Assembly (NCBI GenBank): GCA_017306155.1
Contig: JAFKJB010000016.1
Coordinates: forward strand, 17,382-81,381
Length of the DNA stretch: 64,000 nucleotides
Direction: 5' to 3'
From: Nitrosospira multiformis
Lineage (GTDB): Bacteria > Pseudomonadota > Gammaproteobacteria > Burkholderiales > Nitrosomonadaceae
Part shown: piece after piece, positions 20,450-29,126 of the stretch
Layout: each line of letters starts with the position of its first letter
How positions within the stretch are numbered: position 1 is the stretch's first letter
The notes under the pieces: generated by a model
What the model saw: the letters and a program-made list of their open reading frames with translations, nothing else
Told to the model about the DNA's origin: nothing
Database searches by the model: none
Program-made: the position numbers and the translations under genes

Positions 20450-22423
20450 ATGCTGCCCCTGCTCTGGCTCATTCCCACGCTGCCTCTAGCCGGCTTCCTG
20501 CTGCTGGCGCTGGGTGGAAGTCATCTGGGGCATCGCAGTATTGCGGTAATCGGGGCGGGATCGGTGGCGCTCTCGGCACTCGTTGCCATCCTGATCGGGA
20601 TCGATTTCATCGCTGCGCCGCCACCGGGTTTTGTTTTCCGGCAGGAAGCATGGACCTGGATCGCCGTGGCCGGTTTCTCGCCAGGAATTGTTTTTTATCT
20701 TGACGCGTTATCACTGGTGATGGTCCTGGTCGTAACTGTCATCAGTTTCCTGATACACCTCTATTCCACAGAGTTCATGAGCCGCGATGAGGATTATGCC
20801 CGCTTTTTCGCCTATATGAATCTCTTCGTCGGCTCGATGTGTATCCTGGTTCTTGCCGACAACCTGCTGTTTCTTTACATGGGCTGGGAAGGAGTGGGAC
20901 TTTGCAGCTACCTGCTGATCGGATTCTGGTATCGCGATCCTGCCAATGGACGCGCGGCGCGCAAAGCATTTATCGTGACCCGGGTTGGCGATACTGCCAT
21001 GGCGATCGGCTTTTTTCTGCTGTTCACCCATCTGGGAACCCTTGATATTCAGCCGTTGATGCAGCGCGCGACGCAGCAGTGGCCGGAGGGGTCGGAACTC
21101 GCCGTTCTCGCTGCAGCGCTTCTGCTTGGCGGTGCGGCGGGCAAATCTGCCCAGCTCCCGCTACAGACGTGGCTGCCAGATGCAATGGCCGGCCCCACGC
21201 CGGTGAGCGCGCTGATGCATGCGGCAACCATGGTGACGGCAGGCGTATATCTGATCGCGCGCACGCACGCGCTCTTTGCGCTCGCGCCGGCAGTGCAGCT
21301 CGCGGTTGCAGTAGTCGGCGCCCTTACTCTGCTGCTGGCAGGATTCAGCGCGCTTGCGCAAAACGACATCAAGCGGGTACTGGCCTACTCGACCATCAGC
21401 CAGCTGGGTTATATGTTCCTTGCCTTGGGAGTAGGGGCCTGGTCAGCCGCCATCTTTCACCTGGTGACGCACGCTTTCTTCAAGTCTTTGCTGTTCCTGA
21501 GCGCAGGCGTGGTCATCATGAGCCTGCACGAGGAACATGATATTTTCCGGATGGGTGCATTGAGGAAAAAACTTCCCGTCACATTCTGGACTTTTCTGAT
21601 CGGCAGCGCATCGCTTGCGGCACTGCCGCTCGTTACCGCGGGCTTCTACAGCAAGGATCTGATTCTTTGGCAGGCCTGGTCGTCGACAGGAGGAAATCCA
21701 TGGTTATGGGCCGCGGGATGGGGAGGTGCGATATTGACGGGCCTCTACATCTTTCGCGTGGTGTTTCTCGTCTTTTTTGGCGAAGCGAGGACTGTGGCGC
21801 CCCCCGAAACCTGCCGGCCGGGGCTGTGCATAACACTACCGCTCATCGTTCTTGCAGCCTTCTCTGTGGTTGGCGGATGGATTGAAACCCCATCTTTTCT
21901 CGGAAATTTAACGCTGTTCTCCGATTTTATTCAGCATGCCTTGCCGCCGACTCAGGTCGTTCACAGCGGTAAAAATGACGAAATCATCCTGGAACTGCTC
22001 GCAGTTGCTGCCTCTCTTGGCAGCATTGCCTTGGCATACCTGTTGTTTTTGAGATATCCCGCCTTTCTCCATGAACTGACGCTGGTCCCGGCATTGGCAA
22101 GCCTCCGGAACTTCTGGCATTTTGGCTGGGGTTTCGACCATCTTTATGAGTTCCTGTTCGTCCGGCCCTATCTCTGGCTTGCCCACGCTGATCAGCGGGA
22201 CGTGATCGACGATATCTACCGCATGGCGTTTTCATGCACGCTCAGGTGGCTCCAGAAGATCAATCGGCACGACCTGATCGACAATATCTATAGCGGCCTG
22301 ACCGGGCTTTGTCTGTTTCTCCATCGCGCCTTGAGTGCAACGCAAAACGGACAGGTACGCCGCTACGCGGCAGCGATTGCCGCCGGTTCGATCGGCATTA
22401 TATTCATGGGAGTATTCGCATGA
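20450..22423 (+). CDS. nuoL: NADH:quinone oxidoreductase subunit L with extended C-terminal lateral helix
   Basis: WEGVG, GKSAQLPLQTWLPDAMAGPTPVSAL, HAFFK, FYSKD. Confidence 0.97.
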   Translation: MLPLLWLIPTLPLAGFLLLALGGSHLGHRSIAVIGAGSVALSALVAILIGIDFIAAPPPGFVFRQEAWTWIAVAGFSPGIVFYLDALSLVMVLVVTVISFLIHLYSTEFMSRDEDYARFFAYMNLFVGSMCILVLADNLLFLYMGWEGVGLCSYLLIGFWYRDPANGRAARKAFIVTRVGDTAMAIGFFLLFTHLGTLDIQPLMQRATQQWPEGSELAVLAAALLLGGAAGKSAQLPLQTWLPDAMAGPTPVSALMHAATMVTAGVYLIARTHALFALAPAVQLAVAVVGALTLLLAGFSALAQNDIKRVLAYSTISQLGYMFLALGVGAWSAAIFHLVTHAFFKSLLFLSAGVVIMSLHEEHDIFRMGALRKKLPVTFWTFLIGSASLAALPLVTAGFYSKDLILWQAWSSTGGNPWLWAAGWGGAILTGLYIFRVVFLVFFGEARTVAPPETCRPGLCITLPLIVLAAFSVVGGWIETPSFLGNLTLFSDFIQHALPPTQVVHSGKNDEIILELLAVAASLGSIALAYLLFLRYPAFLHELTLVPALASLRNFWHFGWGFDHLYEFLFVRPYLWLAHADQRDVIDDIYRMAFSCTLRWLQKINRHDLIDNIYSGLTGLCLFLHRALSATQNGQVRRYAAAIAAGSIGIIFMGVFA

Positions 22424-23922
22424 TCCTCGCTGCATTGATTTTCATTCCGATGGCGGGCGGTTTGCTGGCATGGATGGCGGATCGCTGGTATCCGGGCGCG
22501 GCAAAGTGGTTCGCATTGGTCACGGCGGGCATCGAGTTCGTATTGGCGATATGGCTTTGGCTGCAGTCTGCCAGCGCTATGGCTCTTCCCGCTCATGGAG
22601 GGTGGCTTGGCGAGACCAGGGCGGAATGGATTCCGCGTTTCGGAGTGAGCTTTCATCTGGCCGTGGATGGAATAAGCCTCGTCCTGGTCGTGCTGACCGC
22701 TTTTCTGGCGATAGTATCGGTGGCATGTTCCTGGACGGAAATCCAGAAGCGTGTCGGGTTCTTTTACTTCAACCTGCTATGGACTGTGGCAGGGTCGGTT
22801 GGCGTATTCCTTGCGCTGGACCTGTTTCTGTTTTTCTTCTTCTGGGAATTGATGCTGGTACCGATGTATTTCCTGATCGGAATCTGGGGCCATGAGAACC
22901 GGCAGTATGCATCGATCAAGTTCTTCATTTTCGCGCAGGGGAGCGGCATGTTCATGCTGGTGGCAATTCTTGCACTGGTATTCGTCCATTACCGCAGTAC
23001 TGGAGTCCTGACATTCGATTATTTCGATCTGTTGAATGCCACCCTGTCTCCCTCCGCCGAACTGTGGATCATGCTCGGCTTTTTCATTGCGTTCGCAGTC
23101 AAGACGCCCATCGTGCCATTTCATACCTGGCTGCCGGATGCACATACCGAAGCGCCGACAGCAGGAAGCGTGATTCTTGCAGGAGTGCTGCTGAAAACAG
23201 GAGCCTACGGACTGTTGCGCTTTATTGTTCCGCTATTTCCCGAGGCGGCGGCGCATTTTGCCCCGGTGGCAATGGTGCTGGGAGCAACCGGAATTCTCTA
23301 TGGCGCTTTCCTGGCGTTCGCCCAGACGGATTTCAAGCGTCTCGTGGCCTACACCAGCGTGAGCCACCTGGGCTTTGCGGTGGTCGGGATATTCGCCTGG
23401 AATCCCTGGTCCCTTGGGGGAGCCGTGATGCAGATGATGGCGCACGGCATCAGTACGGGAGCATTGTTTGTAGTCGCAGGCATTTTGCAGGAGCGGACGC
23501 ATACACGCGATATGCAGCGCTATGAAGGCCTGTGGAGCGTCGTGCCGCGCCTGGCGGGAATGGGATTGTTTTTTGCCATTGCCGCGCTTGGGCTGCCGGG
23601 AATGGGTAATTTCGTCGGGGAATTCCTGGTGCTGATGGGATTATCCACCAGCAGCAGCGTGCTTGCGTCCGTCGCGACCGTGGTATTTGTTGCCAGTGTC
23701 GTATATGCGCTTGCGCTGGTGCAGAAAACTTTTCATGGCGAAAATAAGCATGGCTGGCAGCTACATGATCTGTCAGGCCGTGAAATGGTAACTCTGTTTT
23801 CAATGGTAGCCATTACCCTATGGCTGGGGTTGTATCCGCAGCCGGTCCTGAATGCCGCGCCAAACACCGCAAACAGTCCGCCTGCGATTGCTGTCGCCCA
23901 CCATGAGGTCAATGTGGAATGA
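22420..23922 (+). CDS. nuoM: NADH:quinone oxidoreductase subunit M
   Basis: FFFWELML, KTPIVPFHTWLPDAH, LKTGAYG, FVGEFL; ATGA overlap with nuoL. Confidence 0.97.
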   Translation: MILAALIFIPMAGGLLAWMADRWYPGAAKWFALVTAGIEFVLAIWLWLQSASAMALPAHGGWLGETRAEWIPRFGVSFHLAVDGISLVLVVLTAFLAIVSVACSWTEIQKRVGFFYFNLLWTVAGSVGVFLALDLFLFFFFWELMLVPMYFLIGIWGHENRQYASIKFFIFAQGSGMFMLVAILALVFVHYRSTGVLTFDYFDLLNATLSPSAELWIMLGFFIAFAVKTPIVPFHTWLPDAHTEAPTAGSVILAGVLLKTGAYGLLRFIVPLFPEAAAHFAPVAMVLGATGILYGAFLAFAQTDFKRLVAYTSVSHLGFAVVGIFAWNPWSLGGAVMQMMAHGISTGALFVVAGILQERTHTRDMQRYEGLWSVVPRLAGMGLFFAIAALGLPGMGNFVGEFLVLMGLSTSSSVLASVATVVFVASVVYALALVQKTFHGENKHGWQLHDLSGREMVTLFSMVAITLWLGLYPQPVLNAAPNTANSPPAIAVAHHEVNVE

Positions 23923-25475
23923 ACCCGATATCCTCCGCGCTACCTTCCGATTCCCTGCACTTGGATCTCGTGACCTTGGATCTCGCGACCCTGTCACCGC
24001 TCATTCTCCTTGCCGCAGCTGCGGTAGTGGTGATGCTGGCTGCAGCCTTTTACCGTCATCCCCGGCCCGTCATGATATTGACACTCGCCGGACTGGTTCT
24101 GTCATTTACGGCATTGTTCCTGCCGTTCCTGCCTCAAGGCCTCGCGGGCACCCCATCTCCGCAGGTCACAGCTCTGCTGGTACTGGATCAGTATGCACTG
24201 TTTTTTACCGGACTCATCGTTGCCGCGACCTTCGTTGTCGCGATATTGTGTTACCGCTACTTCGGTGGAGGCGAAAGCCGGCATGAAGCACTTTACATCC
24301 TGTTGCTGCTGGCCGCCCTTGGCGGTGGGGTTCTCGTGGCAAGCAGCCATTTTGCTTCATTTCTCCTGGGTCTGGAACTGCTCAGCATTTCGTTGTTTGC
24401 ATTGATCGCCTATCCGCGGTTCACAGAGCATCCTCTCGAGGCAGGAATCAAGTACCTGATCCTCGCCGGGTTCTCATCCGGGTTGCTCTTGTTCGGCATG
24501 GCGCTGGTCTATGCACAGCTCGGGACGATGCAGTTTGTGAAAATCGGGACAATGCTTGCTGCGCCTGAGGAGACACTGGAACTCTATGGGTTGGCGGGGC
24601 TCGCGCTGATTGTGGCCGGTGTCGGATTCAAACTGGCGTTGGTGCCCTTCCACATGTGGACTCCGGATGTATATGAAGGTGCGCCTGCGCCGATTACCGC
24701 GTTCATCGCCACTGTTTCAAAGGGCGCCATGCTTGTCCTGCTGCTGCGCTATTTCCTCATGGCAGGCGCGCACCAGTCGCAGTCGATCACATTCGCATTG
24801 AGCCTGGTTGCCGTCGCGACGATCCTGGCTGGCAATCTGCTTGCCCTGCTACAGAATAACATCAAGCGGATTCTTGCCTATTCCTCGATTGCACAGCTTG
24901 GCTATCTGCTGGTCGGGTTCCTGGCCTTTGACCGACTGGCAATCGAGGCGGTTGCTTATTTTCTGACAGCTTATTTCGTCACCATGCTGGGCGCCTTCGG
25001 CGTGGTAACGGTATTGTCCGAGGGGTTCAATGGCGGATCCGCTGGCGAATTCCATGGGGCGGCGGAAAGGGATAGCGACAGGCTGGCGGACTATGCAGGT
25101 CTGTTCTGGCACAGACCGTGGCTGGCAGGGGTATTTACCGCCATGCTGCTGTCGCTGGCCGGAATTCCCCTGACAATGGGCTTTATCGGGAAGTTCTATA
25201 TAGTGACAGCCGGGGTGGAAGCCTCGTTATGGATGCCTGTGATTACGCTGGTTGTCGGCAGCATCATCGGGCTGTTTTATTATATGCGCATTATCGCAAT
25301 GATGTATGCGTCAGGTTCGGAGGCAGCCGGTGAAGCAATCACGCTGCGTGTCGCAGCACCCTCCTTTGCGGAAAGTGCGATGCTGGCAGCGCTGGTGTTG
25401 TTGCTTGTATGGCTGGGCATCTTTCCGGCTCAGCTTATTGATGTGCTTGGAGGAACGATGGTGAATTTGACCTGA
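23919..25475 (+). CDS. nuoN: NADH:quinone oxidoreductase subunit N
   Basis: FKLALVPFHMWTPDVYEGAP, KRILAYSSI, LSLAGIP, FIGKF. Confidence 0.97.
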   Translation: MNPISSALPSDSLHLDLVTLDLATLSPLILLAAAAVVVMLAAAFYRHPRPVMILTLAGLVLSFTALFLPFLPQGLAGTPSPQVTALLVLDQYALFFTGLIVAATFVVAILCYRYFGGGESRHEALYILLLLAALGGGVLVASSHFASFLLGLELLSISLFALIAYPRFTEHPLEAGIKYLILAGFSSGLLLFGMALVYAQLGTMQFVKIGTMLAAPEETLELYGLAGLALIVAGVGFKLALVPFHMWTPDVYEGAPAPITAFIATVSKGAMLVLLLRYFLMAGAHQSQSITFALSLVAVATILAGNLLALLQNNIKRILAYSSIAQLGYLLVGFLAFDRLAIEAVAYFLTAYFVTMLGAFGVVTVLSEGFNGGSAGEFHGAAERDSDRLADYAGLFWHRPWLAGVFTAMLLSLAGIPLTMGFIGKFYIVTAGVEASLWMPVITLVVGSIIGLFYYMRIIAMMYASGSEAAGEAITLRVAAPSFAESAMLAALVLLLVWLGIFPAQLIDVLGGTMVNLT

Positions 25476-25574
25476 TTGCCGGTGCCTCGTCTATTTGTCA
25501 CAATGAATGCAAAAGGTGGGCAGGACAAAAGATGGGTAGAATTGAGGCAAGCTGGGAAAAAGAGAATTTCAAAA

Positions 25575-25778
25575 ATGCGTGAGTCGGAAATACCCTCTGA
25601 GCCGGATAGAGTGGCATGCAAGGTCTGCTTCAAGGAAATCCCTTTATCTGAAGCAGTGAATGAGGAAGCGACCGATTACATCCTGCATTTTTGCGGGCTG
25701 GACTGTTATGCCAAATGGAAAATTCGGGAAAAGGGCTATGGTTCAGGCAATTCCCCGGAAAGAAAATTATCGTCCTGA
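25575..25778 (+). CDS. DUF3330-like small Cys4 metal-binding protein
   Basis: CKVCFKEIP...DYILHFCGLDCY; start placed at ATG 25575. Confidence 0.72.
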   Translation: MRESEIPSEPDRVACKVCFKEIPLSEAVNEEATDYILHFCGLDCYAKWKIREKGYGSGNSPERKLSS

Positions 25779-26113
25779 AAGGCAGAAAAGGATTTTCTGT
25801 TCCGGAATTGATGCGCTGCGGAACTGTGGACTGCCTCTGTAACTGTTTATGCGGGCGCGTTTCATTGTGGACTGAACTGCCAGATGGCGTCTTAGGCCCG
25901 AACGTAAGGCACGCTGAGAGCAATGAATGCCGCAAGAAGGGATTACGGGAATCTTATGGGCAGCCGCCTGAGGAAAGCGCACAATTCCTTTGCCAGTGCA
26001 AGGCTGCGGTAACTCCGGAGTGTTTCGGGAGTCGTAAGACTCTGAACGTGCGTCCGTTGCTGTGCCATTGTCTGCCTCATCATCCGCTTCGTTGCTCGCC
26101 TTGGCGTTCTTTA

Positions 26114-27079
26114 TCATTGAATGGCGGCGCAGGCGTCCGCAGCCTCCACGAACTTCCGGTATCGTGCCAGCCACTGAAATGGAACAGGAAATTCGGAGAT
26201 ATTCTGTCTTGCCGCACATGCTGCCACGAGGGCGCCCAGCATGATCGACCGGCCGCAGCTGTCTCCCCCCGCGCGTATGTTGGCTTCGACCGCGCTCCGG
26301 TAATCGCTCGCAGTTTGCGCAATGTGGAAGACGACAGGCAGACCTTCCGTGACATGACAGGCAGGACCGAAGCGTTGAGTTGCACCGACACCATCCGCTC
26401 GGGGCATTGAAAGTGCCTCTTCAAGCAGCGGCCGGAGCACGCTGCCCGCAAACGGCAAAGCATCTGCCAGGGCTTGTGGTACGGGCATGCCCTGCAAAAG
26501 GTTGAATAACGCTGCGGCAGAACATTGCGCGGCGGTGACAGCCGTTTCGTTATTGTTCGTTATGCGCACCACTTCATCGACCCGCCGCATGAGCTCATCC
26601 AGTGTTCCTGTATGTGCGACCACCAGCGGCGGGATCGCTGCCAGGGATGGATGCTGGTCGTCATCCGCGCCCGAGGTTGCCGGAAATTCCGCCGGTTCCA
26701 GGGGTAACAATGTACTCAGCGTGAAGCGCATAGGGGAATCAATATACCCCACGTATTTCCCGCCCGGCCCGAAGCAGGCGCGATATTCGCTCTGATACTC
26801 GACCCGGTTGAATCGCCCGTGCTTTGCCAGATGCTTCAGCATCAGCAGGCAAATCTCTCCATAGGAGCTTGACTCGCCGGAGGTCTTTCCGCTGTGCGCG
26901 AAGTATCCCTTTGCCCCGGCATAATTTGCCGCTTCCGGTTGCAGAAATACAAGGCCCCCCGGGCCCCGGGCTGCTTCAATTTCTGCGATGCGGACAGAGT
27001 CATAAATCCAGTGCAGCCCCAGGGCGGCGCTGTCCGCTACCAGAGCGCCAAGAACCACTTCACTATTCAGGCTCTTCAT
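26114..27079 (-). CDS. ADP-ribosylglycohydrolase (DraG/ARH) family protein
   Basis: GALVADSAALGLHWIYD, GADDDQ, ANIRAGGDSCGR. Confidence 0.8.
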   Translation of the reverse strand: MKSLNSEVVLGALVADSAALGLHWIYDSVRIAEIEAARGPGGLVFLQPEAANYAGAKGYFAHSGKTSGESSSYGEICLLMLKHLAKHGRFNRVEYQSEYRACFGPGGKYVGYIDSPMRFTLSTLLPLEPAEFPATSGADDDQHPSLAAIPPLVVAHTGTLDELMRRVDEVVRITNNNETAVTAAQCSAAALFNLLQGMPVPQALADALPFAGSVLRPLLEEALSMPRADGVGATQRFGPACHVTEGLPVVFHIAQTASDYRSAVEANIRAGGDSCGRSIMLGALVAACAARQNISEFPVPFQWLARYRKFVEAADACAAIQ

Positions 27080-27136
27080 TCTTCACATCCTTTCAGGCTG
27101 CCTGGGACCAGAAATCGAATACGGCTGGACATTCTA

Positions 27137-27319
27137 TCAGCTGATCTCTTCCTCCACCGGCAGCCTTCGGGCTTCATCTTCCAGCATGATGGGAATTCCA
27201 TCCCTGATGGGGAATGCCAGCCTGTCGGCCTTACAGATGAGTTCGTTTTCAGATTTCCGGTACAGCAGCGGTGATTTGCATAGCGGGCATACCAGAATGT
27301 CGAGCAATTTAGGATCCAT
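27137..27319 (-). CDS. ycaR: Trm112-family protein YcaR
   Basis: [11 protein letters not shown]...[18 protein letters not shown]. Confidence 0.92.
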   Translation of the reverse strand: MDPKLLDILVCPLCKSPLLYRKSENELICKADRLAFPIRDGIPIMLEDEARRLPVEEEIS

Positions 27320-27520
27320 AATTCAGCCTCAATTTCAAGATTTCACTTCGATCAGTTGCTTCCAATCAGCCGAGCGTTCCATTTTCCAGGCACTCTGCTT
27401 TAACAGCTGTTTTCCAGGGACGTTCGATGAGTCAGATCTTTCGGCTACGCCCCTTGTTTCGTCTCTTCGTTTTCTCAATCTTTTCTTAACCTATTAATTC
27501 GGCGAGCAAGCAGTATGAGC

Positions 27521-27595
27521 GTCATGCCAGCGGAAGCCGCGTTCAAAGCACACCATTGCTGGCTTGGCTGAATTCCGCATCAAGCCCGGAATGAC
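27521..27595. repeat. Degenerate REP/RPE-like palindromic element (GTCAT...ATGAC ends)
   Basis: GTCATGCCAGCGGAAGCCGCGTTCA ... CTGAATTCCGCATCAAGCCCGGAATGAC; recognised by resemblance only. Confidence 0.45.
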
Positions 27596-27662
27596 GGCAT
27601 AATGTTTTTCTGGCCGGATAAGGCGAGGCCCGATTTTTCGCCGGCCTTCGGCCTCCCCGGCG

Positions 27663-28079
27663 CTATTCCGGATTCCGAGTGGTGAAAGTGATGCGATTGT
27701 ATCCCGCTATTCGCGCTGCCTCCATCACGGTGATAACCGACTGGTGTGTCGCCCTGGCATCCGCGTTGATGACTATCACCGGGTCCACACGGTTCCCTGC
27801 CGCAGTTCGCAATTCGTCCTGAAACTGGGCGACATTTCGAAACTGGACAGGCGTCCGATTGATCATGTAGCTCCCGGTCGCGCTGACCGAGATATCGATG
27901 ACATTCGACCGCTCGCCGGATTTTTCGGAGGAGGCTTGCGGCAAAGTGATTTCCAGTTCCGAAAACCGGGAGTAGGTGGTGGTTATCATCAGAAAAATCA
28001 GGATGACAAGCAGCACATCGATCATCGGGACCAGATTGATTTCAGGGTCTTCTTTGTGTCTGCCGCGCTGAAAATTCAT
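27663..28079 (-). CDS. exbD: ExbD/TolR-family protein
   Basis: EINLVPMIDVLLVILIFLM, INADARATHQSV; start at ATG 28079. Confidence 0.92.
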   Translation of the reverse strand: MNFQRGRHKEDPEINLVPMIDVLLVILIFLMITTTYSRFSELEITLPQASSEKSGERSNVIDISVSATGSYMINRTPVQFRNVAQFQDELRTAAGNRVDPVIVINADARATHQSVITVMEAARIAGYNRITFTTRNPE

Positions 28080-28169
28080 GATCAGGATTCGATGGAATAG
28101 GGGAGCAATGGATAAGAGCAATTTCAGGTGCACGGGTTATGAAGGATCAGGCATAGCCGTTCCCAGTAA

Positions 28170-28781
28170 TCAGCCCTTTCTTTCGCCATGGATGATTTCC
28201 ACCAGTTTCAATGCCTGCAATTCCATCTCTATTACCAGTTCATCCACTTTCCCCCGGAAATACCGGTAAAACATGATACTGGGAATAGCGACAAGGATGC
28301 CAAAAGCAGCATTATAAAGCGCTACGGAGATGCCGTGCGCCAGTTGCGCCGGGTTGTTGCCGCTGACAGGAGTGCTTGCGCCGAATATTTCGATCATGCC
28401 CACCAGTGTCCCGAACAGGCCCATCAACGGACTTACGGAGCCGATCGTCCCCAGGGTGGTGAGATAGCGTTCCAACTGATGGGCAACGGCACGACCGGCT
28501 TCTTCTATGGATTCTTTCATAACCTCCCGCGTACTGGTGTCATTTTTCAGCCCGGCAGAAAAAATCTGACCGAGGGGAGAATGCTTCTGGAGACGGCCGA
28601 GCATTTCGGAAGACACGCCCGCTTCACGGTATTCACGCACTACCAGAGGCAAGAGATTCCGCGGCGCTACCACGCTGAGGCGCAGCGCCCAGATGCGCTC
28701 GCCGATGATGGCTGCCGCGACGATGGATGCCAGAATGATCGGCCAGATCGGCCAGCCGGCGGCTTGAATCAACGCGAACAC
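28170..28781 (-). CDS. exbB: MotA/TolQ/ExbB-family proton channel
   Basis: LGTIGSVSPLMGLFGTLVGMI, GISVALYNAAFG; SD AGGAGA before GTG 28781. Confidence 0.92.
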   Translation of the reverse strand: MFALIQAAGWPIWPIILASIVAAAIIGERIWALRLSVVAPRNLLPLVVREYREAGVSSEMLGRLQKHSPLGQIFSAGLKNDTSTREVMKESIEEAGRAVAHQLERYLTTLGTIGSVSPLMGLFGTLVGMIEIFGASTPVSGNNPAQLAHGISVALYNAAFGILVAIPSIMFYRYFRGKVDELVIEMELQALKLVEIIHGERKG

Positions 28782-28898
28782 GCGGGAATCTCCTCGGTAA
28801 AAATACAAAAATCGAGTCCGGACCAGAGCGAATCAGGGCTTCAGAACCATCTTAATGTAGCTTGCTGCTGTGATTTCAGCAAGGTTGAAAGATTTTTA

Positions 28899-29111
28899 TT
28901 GTCCACAATTGCTGTGGATAAGTTTGTGGGTAATAGGCAGATAGAGCTTTTAAGTCGCCCTTCCATAACAACTTTTTTTGATTAGACTAATTTTTGAACT
29001 TATTACAAATTCATTTTAAAACATAGGGTTATGTTGTACCCGGGTTATGTTGTACCCGGATTTCATGTCGGTTGGGCCGTAATATGCTATTTTCGTGACA
29101 AGTGTGGATTA
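28899..29111. promoter_or_regulatory. DnaA-box cluster with AT-rich tract
   Basis: TTGTCCACA 28899, perfect TGTGGATAA 28913, TGTGGGTAA 28925, TGTGGATTA 29103; only 9 G+C in 55 nt at 28971-29025. Confidence 0.65.
29026..29057. repeat. Perfect 16-bp tandem duplication
   Basis: GGGTTATGTTGTACCC x2. Confidence 0.95.
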
Positions 29112-29126
29112 TTGTAAAATGTCAAG

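Noticed and set aside
25691-26410. Overlapping ORFs (239 aa +, 150 aa -) after the DUF3330 gene
   Set aside because: No motifs, they overlap real genes, and composition is unlike genuine proteins.
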